Shown in pieces: positions 17,543-24,625 of a stretch of DNA of 25,585 bases. Where the stretch lies: positions 1-25,585 of the IMG/VR virus record IMGVR_UViG_3300038379_000598; one strand, 5' to 3'. Position numbers and translations under genes: made by a program. The notes under the pieces are model-generated. The model was given only the letters and a program-made list of their open reading frames with translations. It was not told the origin of the DNA and did not search any database. The DNA is from a virus (taxonomy: Duplodnaviria > Caudoviricetes). Numbering within the stretch: position 1 is the stretch's first letter; each line of letters begins with the position of its first letter.

Positions 17543-17926
17543 TTACTCCTTTTTTGGCTCTGCCCTCTCCACCTTTTCCAAAATCTTCAACATGATCCTT
17601 TGGTTTTCGTTCATGACGCGCTGTTGCTCGGCGAACATTTTTTGCGTGTTAGCACTAATTTCCTTGGCGCCTTCTATGGCGATGGCGATCTTCTCCCCGG
17701 TTCTGGCGTCGGACTCCCTCAAAGAGCGAAGTTCATCTCGAAACACTTGCCGCTCCGCCCGAAGTTCCTCGTGAAATTTTTCCTGGATGGAAGGAATCTG
17801 GTGCATAACCAGGAAGCTGAACAAGAAAGTCATGACAGCAGCAATTCCCAAATTAGCCGCAGTCTTCCAGGCACCTTCCAAGCCAAGAAACTTGGAATGT
17901 TCATCCCCTGCCTTGGCCTCGGCCAT
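17543..17926 (-). CDS. Single-TM coiled-coil membrane protein (holin-like)
   Basis: TM segment LGIAAVMTFLFSFLV followed by a long heptad-rich helix, an architecture like BhlA/UviB-type holins. SD GGAG. Confidence 0.55.
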   Translation of the reverse strand: MAEAKAGDEHSKFLGLEGAWKTAANLGIAAVMTFLFSFLVMHQIPSIQEKFHEELRAERQVFRDELRSLRESDARTGEKIAIAIEGAKEISANTQKMFAEQQRVMNENQRIMLKILEKVERAEPKKE

Positions 17927-17931
17927 TCTTC

Positions 17932-18813
17932 TTATCTCCCATTGGCACCAAGGGAAGGAACAGGAATCCCTTCTTCGCCAAGAATAATCAGTCGATCATT
18001 TTTCAAGTCCTGGTTGCGCAGCACGGCGGCGCGGTAGTTCTCGCCGATCTGATGAATGGACAATGGCCTTGGTTTGCCAACGCACTTTGGCTTCCAGTGC
18101 CCGGCCCAGGAATCCCAATTAACAAACACGGGGTTGTAACCCTTAGCTTCGAGACAATGCAACACAATGTCGCGCGTATTGGTCACGTCTTCCGTGCTGG
18201 CCTTTTGGCGCTGGTACTTGTCCGACCATTCGTAGTAGAAGTAGGGCGGATCCAGCAAATCAAAAATCCGCATGTCGTAAGCGATCAGTCCTGTGGGCAG
18301 GGCGGCAACCGCCTCAAAGCCGGAGCGCTGGGCTGCTTCTTCCCTGGAGAATCCTTCCACGCGCAGGTCTTGATTGGGATTGTCGCTTTGCCAATTGGCA
18401 AAGCGAAAAACGTAGACGTTTTCGCAAGGAGGCGGACCACAGTAGGGCGCGCCCACGGCGGTAAGCAGTCCTCGCGAAAAACGCTGATAGATGAAATCGA
18501 AAGTGGTTGGCCACCACTCCTTGGCTTGATGATCGCCCTGGATCAGCTCCCAATCGGGATACTGATCAGAATCGACCATGACGAGCAGGTCAGCGCCGGC
18601 TTGCTGCGCCTTCCACACAGCATCGTTGCGCGTCATAGTGATGGGCGTGTCGGAGAAGTCCTTGTCCATGATGTTCTCGACACGCGCATCTTCCTTGCAT
18701 TGCAGAAGTGTGCGAGCAAACCAGGAACGCAGTGAAGGGTGTTCGCAGGAAACACCGCCATTTCCTGCGTAGCTGAAGAAGGCGAAGAAGACGTTGAGCT
18801 TGGCTGGGGTCAT
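17932..18813 (-). CDS. GT-A fold (family 2-like) glycosyltransferase
   Basis: ITMTRNDAV, DxD in LLVMVDSDQ, PTGLIAYDMRIF, PYFY, TEDV (ED motif) and GHWK. SD GAGGAG. Confidence 0.8.
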   Translation of the reverse strand: MTPAKLNVFFAFFSYAGNGGVSCEHPSLRSWFARTLLQCKEDARVENIMDKDFSDTPITMTRNDAVWKAQQAGADLLVMVDSDQYPDWELIQGDHQAKEWWPTTFDFIYQRFSRGLLTAVGAPYCGPPPCENVYVFRFANWQSDNPNQDLRVEGFSREEAAQRSGFEAVAALPTGLIAYDMRIFDLLDPPYFYYEWSDKYQRQKASTEDVTNTRDIVLHCLEAKGYNPVFVNWDSWAGHWKPKCVGKPRPLSIHQIGENYRAAVLRNQDLKNDRLIILGEEGIPVPSLGANGR

Positions 18814-18847
18814 GCCTATGCTCCTCGTTTAACTGGAATGTCAAGGA

Positions 18848-18892
18848 CCAGGAAAGCGGCTGGACTATAAACCAATCCAACCGCTCCCCTGG
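18848..18892 (-). terminator. Stem-loop just after the decoration gene (attenuator, terminator or mRNA stabiliser)
   Basis: Imperfect inverted repeat CCAGG-AA-AGCGG-C-TGGA...TCCA-A-CCGCT-CC-CCTGG directly downstream of the stop at 18899. The U-tract is weak. Confidence 0.45.
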
Positions 18893-18898
18893 AGCTTT

Positions 18899-19525
18899 CT
18901 ACCAGCGGCGGAACATGTCGATCAAAAGATCGGCGTTGGTGTTTGCAGTAGTCTTAGCGCTGAGCGCCGTGCCGATCCTGTTCTGAACTTGGTTGGCCAG
19001 GAGCGCCGTGGCACCGGTCAGGTCTTGCGGCCCAACCCGGCCAGCCGTGGTTGCCTGGCTGGTTGCGGCAGTGAGCGCCACGACCACATCGCCCACGGAG
19101 AAGACGTTGTCGGCATCGCCAGCAATGTCGGTCAGTGTGCGCGTCGGTCCTTCGATCACGATGTAAAACAGATCGTTGGCTGGCACTCCCGCGGAAGGAA
19201 GCCACTCATCCACCACGCCGGCAAAGTCGGCTGCGGTGGTCGTGGTGTAGCCATCCACCTGGCCAACGCGATCGTTGCCGGCGGTGTTCTTGAAGCGAAC
19301 CACGCGCTTGGGCAGGAGTGCGATTCCAGAAGCATTGCGGACGATGCGGCAGCGCACTTTGCGATTGGTGCGCTGCGCCTTGGCGCCCACCGAGGAGTAG
19401 TCGATGTCCTCGAACTCCCACTCGGTTCCTTCCAGCTGGGGGCCACCCAGGTTGCTGGAGTCGATCGTTCGCCCGTCGTTCCAGGTGGTGCCGCGCTGGA
19501 ACGGGGGGTTTTCCGTGTGAGCCAT
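18899..19525 (-). CDS. Probable capsid decoration/cement protein
   Basis: 208 aa, immediately after the MCP, rich in A/T/G. AGVVDE.L...GV...DLFYIVIEGP and IGTAL are typical of cement-type beta-tulip proteins. Confidence 0.6.
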   Translation of the reverse strand: MAHTENPPFQRGTTWNDGRTIDSSNLGGPQLEGTEWEFEDIDYSSVGAKAQRTNRKVRCRIVRNASGIALLPKRVVRFKNTAGNDRVGQVDGYTTTTAADFAGVVDEWLPSAGVPANDLFYIVIEGPTRTLTDIAGDADNVFSVGDVVVALTAATSQATTAGRVGPQDLTGATALLANQVQNRIGTALSAKTTANTNADLLIDMFRRW

Positions 19526-19590
19526 ATGTTCCTCTTTCCGCCTTGGGCGGAGAAAGGGTGAAGGTGTCGCCCCGGTTCAGAGCGGGTTGC

Positions 19591-20673
19591 CTAGGTGATA
19601 TTGTCCCACTTGACCATGTAGCGGGGATTGCACGCCAAGTTGCCGTAGAAATCGATGGAGAAGCGGTACGACTGGCTGGCAATGTCCAGGTCCGGGCCGG
19701 TTGGCACGAACAATTGCGGCTGCAAGGAGCGCAGCTCCATGTGCTTGGTGCAGAAGCCGTAGCCGATGGTGTCGCCGACGCCGTACTCGTAGCTCACATC
19801 CACGCCGTCGAAGTTGGTCACGTCATCGAAGCCCAGATTGTACAGGCTTCCTTTGCGATCATTGCGCATGACGTGGATCGACTCTTCGGCTTGCAACTTG
19901 TCCATGAATTGCCGGTACAGTTCGTCGTTCAAGAGAATGAGGTCAAGCATCCCCTTTTTGGACTTGTTCTTCTTGCCCTTGATGATGCCGTAGCGAAGGG
20001 CTTCCAAACAGGTGTTAGGCCACGTCTTGGTAGATGCCGACCAGGCAGTGTCGGTGTAGTCCACGATCAAGGGGGACCAGAAATCATAGTGGCTGTCGCC
20101 GGTTCCGGTCGGCCAGGAGCCAGACCAGGCGCCGCCGTAGTTGCCAAGGTCAGTGAGCAAGCCGGCGTAAGTGTCGGAAGGAGTGCCGATGAAGCCGCCA
20201 GAGGCTGCGCCAGAAGTGCCGAAGAACGACTCCACGCCGTGAATTCGCTTGGAATTGCCGGTGCCATTGCCGTCGATGTAGAACTCATCACCGAACTGGT
20301 CATCCATGTCGTCGGCGAGATTGGCAGCCATCTGGGAGTAGAACTTGATGATGGCCTCGGCGCCCTTGTTGACTAGCGTTTCTCGCTTGGTCGCCGAATC
20401 GGTGGCTGCATAGCCTCGCCATTCGAGCTGGGCAGTCTTCCAGCGGTTAACACGGCTGAAAGTCAGCGTGTCATTGTCGGCAAAGCCCTGCATGGCAGCA
20501 CGCTTGTAGCGCACCTTCCAATCCATGAACTCGCCGGAGTGGTTGAAGGTGATGCTGCCCATTTCCTTCATCTTGGCGAGCAGCTTGCGATTGCGGAGGA
20601 TGTTAACCTCCTCCTCGCGAAAATACTTCTGAGTGGTGGTATTAACCACCCGCGCCCAATCGGGAACCGGCAT
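19591..20673 (-). CDS. Major capsid protein (HK97-type fold)
   Basis: 360 aa with a strong SD (GAGGAGG), located after the scaffold-like gene. Features include an N-arm NILRNRKLLAKM, a spine helix ending FYIDG...IHG, LGFDDVTNFDGVDV, and a terminal FYGNLACNPR. Confidence 0.85.
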   Translation of the reverse strand: MPVPDWARVVNTTTQKYFREEEVNILRNRKLLAKMKEMGSITFNHSGEFMDWKVRYKRAAMQGFADNDTLTFSRVNRWKTAQLEWRGYAATDSATKRETLVNKGAEAIIKFYSQMAANLADDMDDQFGDEFYIDGNGTGNSKRIHGVESFFGTSGAASGGFIGTPSDTYAGLLTDLGNYGGAWSGSWPTGTGDSHYDFWSPLIVDYTDTAWSASTKTWPNTCLEALRYGIIKGKKNKSKKGMLDLILLNDELYRQFMDKLQAEESIHVMRNDRKGSLYNLGFDDVTNFDGVDVSYEYGVGDTIGYGFCTKHMELRSLQPQLFVPTGPDLDIASQSYRFSIDFYGNLACNPRYMVKWDNIT

Positions 20674-20707
20674 TGCCGCCCCTCCTCGTGGACTTTAAGC
20701 TGGCGGG

Positions 20708-21877
20708 CTAGACGCCTACCGGCTGAAAGTCCCTGTCCGTGATGCCCGCCTCCCGGAAGCCCTGCCGGAGCATGTCCGCTAAAGAGGATCGGGTCGTAGT
20801 TTGCGAGACGCCATTCTGAACGCTCGCCGCAACCTGGGGATGACTGGCAGCCCCCGCTGCGTGCTTCTGAATAAATTGCTGCTTTTGCTGCTCACCTTGG
20901 CTGCCAGCCTGAAGCTGATTCAGCTTGGCCAATGCTACGTCGCGCTCCAGCATCCGGGTGGCATAATCCTGCTGCACTTGCACGTCGTACATGCCGCGCT
21001 GCTGAGCTTCCAAGACGTAGCGGGTAAAAAGCTGGCCGTGCTGCGTAAGGGCGGGAACTTGCCGGCCGTCCTGCGTGGTGGTGTAGAGCAGCCTTCCCTC
21101 GCTATCACGCTGGTGCAGCCATGAAGAATTGCGCTGGACAAAATCACTGGCCAGGCTGGTTTCACGCTGCTGCTGAAAACCAGACTGGAGAATCTCCTGA
21201 GCCGCCTCCCTCGCCAAGGCGCGAACCGGCTCCTCGAAGAACTTGAAAGGGTTCTCCATGAGCCGCTCAGCCTGCTGACGACGGAAGTTCTGGTATGCCA
21301 AGAACTTAGGCAAAACCGATGGGTCAGCGCCCGGTCGGATGGTCAATTCCCCCTGCTCATTGCGCTGGATCATGTCCGTCCAGGACTTGTCAAACTCCGG
21401 GGGGGACCAGTATTGCGACCACCAAGGCTTTTGCTGCTCCTGCTGCTGCCTAGAAGCCTCCGCTTGCTGCTGCTGGCGGAGAAACTCATTAAACCGATCG
21501 GCGTGTTGGAGGTAAACTTGCCCATATTGGGCCAGTTGATTGGCCTGCTGCGCTTGGCGATAGCCCAAAATCAACTGCTGCAAAGCAGCATGGTCGTCCA
21601 CCCCTTCGGGCAGGTCCAAACCATAGATTTTCAGGGCTTCCCGGACGGGAGTGTAGCCGGGAACTGCTCCACCTGAGGGGACTGGGAAAGGCGGGGCGGC
21701 ACCAGCAGCGTTGGCGGCCGCCGCTCCCGCCGTTTCCGTTCCGGCTTGGGTAGAAGATGCGACTTCCGACGCGGCGGAGGACGGAATGCTGGCCTCATCC
21801 ACCGATGGCGCTGCATTGGAAACCTCCGCAGCTGTCTCGACACCATGCACGGCGCCATTACCAAGTTCTTCCGGCAT
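20708..21877 (-). CDS. Probable capsid scaffolding protein (389 aa)
   Basis: Likely start is ATG 21877 (MPEELGNG). It has a disordered A/S/E/P-rich N-terminus, Q-rich coiled coils and a C-terminal SLADMLRQGF helix, and lies directly upstream of the MCP. No protease motif is seen. Confidence 0.65.
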   Translation of the reverse strand: MPEELGNGAVHGVETAAEVSNAAPSVDEASIPSSAASEVASSTQAGTETAGAAAANAAGAAPPFPVPSGGAVPGYTPVREALKIYGLDLPEGVDDHAALQQLILGYRQAQQANQLAQYGQVYLQHADRFNEFLRQQQQAEASRQQQEQQKPWWSQYWSPPEFDKSWTDMIQRNEQGELTIRPGADPSVLPKFLAYQNFRRQQAERLMENPFKFFEEPVRALAREAAQEILQSGFQQQRETSLASDFVQRNSSWLHQRDSEGRLLYTTTQDGRQVPALTQHGQLFTRYVLEAQQRGMYDVQVQQDYATRMLERDVALAKLNQLQAGSQGEQQKQQFIQKHAAGAASHPQVAASVQNGVSQTTTRSSLADMLRQGFREAGITDRDFQPVGV

Positions 21878-22201
21878 AAAACACGCCCCAAGACGAGAAT
21901 CAGACTGGCTTTGCGACTTCCAATTCACACATAAACAAATCACCTCCAGGCAATGCAATAGGAAACGCAATTCCCATTTGAACTTTTCCTAAAATTCCTT
22001 GGCCTAAAAGCAAAATTGTGCGGAATTACAGTGATTTTTGAGAAAAACCGATTCGATGATGGCGGAAGCTGGCAAACAGTGGGCACTGCTTGCAATCTGC
22101 ACTCACATTGGCTGGCAATTCCGATTATTCCGATAGGATTCAGGGGTGGAAAAATCCCAGGAGGGGAACGTGACTACAGGTCCGCGGCAGATGGGGGCCT
22201 G

Positions 22202-22226
22202 GCCGGGTGCCATATTGGCACCCGGC
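22202..22226. repeat. Perfect 11-bp stem, TAT triloop hairpin
   Basis: GCCGGGTGCCA-TAT-TGGCACCCGGC. Confidence 0.9.
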
Positions 22227-22258
22227 GGCAGCAGTTGACGCATATTCACCACTCATAC

Positions 22259-22339
22259 TGTACATATGTACACTGCACAAGGATACACTGACTGCTATAT
22301 TGGCAGTCAGTGTATCCTTGTGCAGTGTACATATGTACA
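22259..22339. repeat. 81-bp quasi-palindrome with perfect 37-bp arms
   Basis: TGTACATATGTACACTGCACAAGGATACACTGACTGC-TATATTG-GCAGTCAGTGTATCCTTGTGCAGTGTACATATGTACA. Confidence 0.95.
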
Positions 22340-22341
22340 TA

Positions 22342-22403
22342 TATAGTGTACATTTATACACTATAGAATTGACGTAAGTCCTTACTGGGTAAGGGGTTAC
22401 GTC
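22342..22403. repeat. Two further adjacent hairpins
   Basis: TATAGTGTA-CATTTA-TACACTATA (22342-22365) and GACGTAA-GT-CCTTAC-TGG-GTAAGG-GG-TTACGTC (22371-22403). Confidence 0.8.
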
Positions 22404-22536
22404 GTACCCACCGCCCGTCCCATCCAATTAGTACCCGTCATTCCTTACTGGACACCTATATACTGTATATTAGAATAGTGTACATACATACATATATACT
22501 TCCTTTCACTATTGCGCACCTTCCTTGTCGCACATC

Positions 22537-22610
22537 CAAGATTCTTGAATTTGCTACAAGGTTCGTCGCAAATTCAAGAATCTTGAGTTTGCGACAAACC
22601 TTGTCGCAAA
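22537..22610. repeat. Tandem pair of hairpins built from TTGTCGCA-like motifs
   Basis: CAAGATTCTTGAATTTGC-N13-GCAAATTCAAGAATCTTG (22537-22585, 18-bp arms) and TTTGCGACAA-ACC-TTGTCGCAAA (22588-22610). Confidence 0.9.
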
Positions 22611-22660
22611 TACTGTAATTCCGTTCATCAAAATATTTTCTAGAAAAACATTTGTTCACG

Positions 22661-22689
22661 TTGATTCGCCACCTTTTCCGTGATAGTAT
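22661..22689 (+). promoter_or_regulatory. Sigma70-type promoter for the 22794 gene
   Basis: TTGATT (22661-22666), a 17-nt spacer, then TAGTAT (22684-22689) with an extended TGn. Confidence 0.6.
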
Positions 22690-22793
22690 TCTTTCGAAGG
22701 CGAAAAAGGCGCGCTCTGCCATGCGGCGCGCCGCTCACATGAGGAGTGTTTCCGCATGTGGGAACGGCTCATGGCGCAAAGGGAATAATAATA

Positions 22794-23918
22794 ATGAAAA
22801 CGCAAGTCAATGGCGCAGCATCCGCAGTAGTGGAAGATGGCGATGTAGCGCAGGAAGTGAAGCTCTCGAAGGTGGTCGAGCTGACTGAGGATGTACGTAT
22901 TCTCGCAGAGAAACTGTCGAAACTGAGCGGAAAAGAGCTTCTCCGGCGCATAGGCGGAGAAATGACGCGAGAGACGAAAACGAAAGTCGTATCTCGCGTC
23001 ACGCAAGGTGTATACGCTCGGATATACCTGGACAAGTGCCTAGAGGCGGGTCAGACGGCCGACTCCGCCATCGCATATGCGAAGGAATACCTCCTCCTTC
23101 GAGCCGAGGGGCTAGCCGCGGCCGACTATAGCCTGGTCGGCTGCCTACAGCTTTATCACTGCATTTCGGAGTGTCTAAACACGGACCCGGCCGGAGTGAT
23201 GGCGTCGAAAGCCATATGGTCTCGCGCCTCATACTCCGCTCTAGCAATGCTTGGCTCTTATTGGCGATCGGTCAGCGATGGGAAGTGCGTGCTAACACGC
23301 ATTTCCCTAGACGACGCGAGGATTGCTTTCGACGCAATCACCCGCGAAGAAAGAAACTTGCGACCGAAACTATCCGACCTACGCACACTCCTCGATTCCG
23401 TCGATCCATTGAAAGCGAAGGAGGAGAAGGCGAAGGAGGCGAAGGAGGCGAAGGAGGAGGCGAAGGAGGAGGCGAAGGAGGAGGCGAAGGAGGAGGCGAA
23501 GGAGGAGGCGAAGGAGGAGGCGGAGGAGGCGAAGGAGGATAAGGAGAGAAAGACAGCGCCAACCCAAAAGCCAGTCGCGCAAACCGATCACGATTGGCGC
23601 GCCGACATGGTTTCGTGTCTTCTGCGCGCCGAAAGAGTGGAAGACATTTCCGATATGCTCGAGCCAATTTTCCGCACCGATAGGATGAAGGAGGCTATGA
23701 TCAACATGGTTTACCGCATGGATATCGACCTAAGAATAATAGCGGCCGATCTAGAGAACCGATACATAGACGCGCGGCCCAAGGAAGCGTCCGAGCACCT
23801 CGCCGACCTACTTCGATTGCGCGAAGAAAGGCACGGAGACGCCGAGAATGTAATGGAGATGGCGCTTGACGCCTTCTCCGAGGCCAATTGCCTCAATGAC
23901 ACGATCGACCTGGACTAG
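22794..23918 (+). CDS. Hypothetical protein (374 aa) with a central AKEE low-complexity linker; probable early gene
   Basis: ATG 22794 follows AAAGGGA. It has its own promoter and terminator. Helical N- and C-domains flank a K/E/A repeat. No family is recognised. Confidence 0.8.
   Translation: MKTQVNGAASAVVEDGDVAQEVKLSKVVELTEDVRILAEKLSKLSGKELLRRIGGEMTRETKTKVVSRVTQGVYARIYLDKCLEAGQTADSAIAYAKEYLLLRAEGLAAADYSLVGCLQLYHCISECLNTDPAGVMASKAIWSRASYSALAMLGSYWRSVSDGKCVLTRISLDDARIAFDAITREERNLRPKLSDLRTLLDSVDPLKAKEEKAKEAKEAKEEAKEEAKEEAKEEAKEEAKEEAEEAKEDKERKTAPTQKPVAQTDHDWRADMVSCLLRAERVEDISDMLEPIFRTDRMKEAMINMVYRMDIDLRIIAADLENRYIDARPKEASEHLADLLRLREERHGDAENVMEMALDAFSEANCLNDTIDLD
23415..23540 (+). repeat. Coding minisatellite GCGAAGGAGGAG (AKEE)
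   Basis: Six perfect 12-bp units at 23448-23519, flanked by 9-bp and degenerate units. Confidence 0.95.
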
Positions 23919-23922
23919 AACC

Positions 23923-23967
23923 ATCCTTCCCGGAAGCGCTCGGTGCTTCCGGGAAGGATTTTTTTTT
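23923..23967 (+). terminator. Rho-independent terminator
   Basis: ATCCTTCCCGGAAGC-GCTCGGT-GCTTCCGGGAAGGAT followed by a T-run, 4 nt after the stop. Confidence 0.92.
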
Positions 23968-24024
23968 GCGCCAACTAATAGTGTACATTTGTCCACATGG
24001 ACATCCACCCACTGTACGCCAGGA

Positions 24025-24625
24025 GGGACTTTCTCAAGCCGCAAAATCCTGCCCGGACACTTTTTGTGGCGGCGGCTCGGCAGCGGTCGTGTTCGCATTC
24101 TGAAGGTGCTGTTGTAACTGCTCGGGCGTCAGCCGCAGCAATGCCCACCAATCCAGGGTTGACAGACGCAAGCCCTGGAGTTCATAGGGGGACTTCTTGC
24201 GACGATGCCCAGTCCGAAACGCTCGACAGTTCCAGTACAGCCGCTTCAAGTCCAATAACCCTTGTGTCATTTTCCGGTGACGCCCCTGTTGCATCCGCGC
24301 TACACTGTTGAGGCACTCCACCAAGCTCAACGCACGCCACACGCCACGTAGCGTTCCCAGTACCAACGCCGCTGCCTGCGACCCGGCCTCGCCCGACAGC
24401 GACAGCACCATCCCCGCAGCCAGGAGCACGCCGCGGAGCGCCGCCGCCGACACCGTCTTGCCCTGCACGGCCTCGGGCTGACGCCGCAAGCCTTCCACGC
24501 GCACCGCCGCCGCCACCAACTCCCGGGCCACCGGCAAGGACGGTAAGGTTCCCGTCATTGCAGCTGTTCACCCCTCATTTGTCCACGGCCACCCCCTGTT
24601 TTTCACCCCGTGTGAGAAAGTCCCA
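24025..24625 (-). mobile_element. ~600-bp internally deleted (non-autonomous) IS
   Basis: TIRs GGGACTTTCTCA (24025-24036) and TGAGAAAGTCCC (24613-24624). Flanking direct repeat GCCAGGA at 24018-24024 and 24626-24632. The interior is GC-rich and encodes a transposase-like C-terminus. Confidence 0.8.
24034..24558 (-). pseudogene. Truncated transposase (C-terminal portion)
   Basis: RALSLVECLNSVARMQQ...LLDLKRLYWN...FRTG.R.KKSPYELQG resembles the E-helix, N and SP motifs at the C-terminus of DDE transposases. The stop codon lies inside the TIR. At 174 aa it is too short to hold the full DDE core. Confidence 0.7.

Larger units (their letters stand above)
22021..22623. repeat. 12-bp inverted repeat pair bracketing the hairpin-rich intergenic block
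   Basis: CGGAATTACAGT (22021-22032) and ACTGTAATTCCG (22612-22623). Confidence 0.7.

Noticed and set aside
2454-20376. Long plus-strand ORFs in the track (e.g. 2454-3353, 7403-8092, 11788-12543, 14884-15603, 18052-18735, 19318-20376)
   Set aside because: They are antisense shadows of well-supported, coupled minus-strand genes in GC-rich DNA and carry no recognisable motifs.
21878-21970. N-terminal extensions given by the ORF track (scaffold; also the ORFs listed as 7388-8041, 14516-14977, 15781-16593 and 13294-13683)
   Set aside because: They overlap neighbouring genes or regulatory DNA. The downstream starts mostly have SD sequences or stop-start coupling, though the scaffold start has only a weak SD.
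22259-22339. Firm call as a protelomerase (telRL) site
   Set aside because: The centre is interrupted by a non-palindromic loop and no tyrosine-recombinase-like protelomerase is recognisable in the window. It is kept only as a hypothesis.
22200-22620. CRISPR mini-array
   Set aside because: The repeats are inverted and dissimilar to each other; there are no identical direct repeats separated by constant-length spacers.
22016-22888. Short ORFs across the intergenic region (22016-22291, 22140-22427, 22456-22722, 22652-22888)
   Set aside because: They lack convincing SD sequences, their composition is dictated by the palindromes, and they overlap promoter elements.
23171-23667. GEGG-, PPPS- and LRLL-repeat ORFs
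   Set aside because: These are alternative-frame and antisense readings of the AKEE minisatellite.
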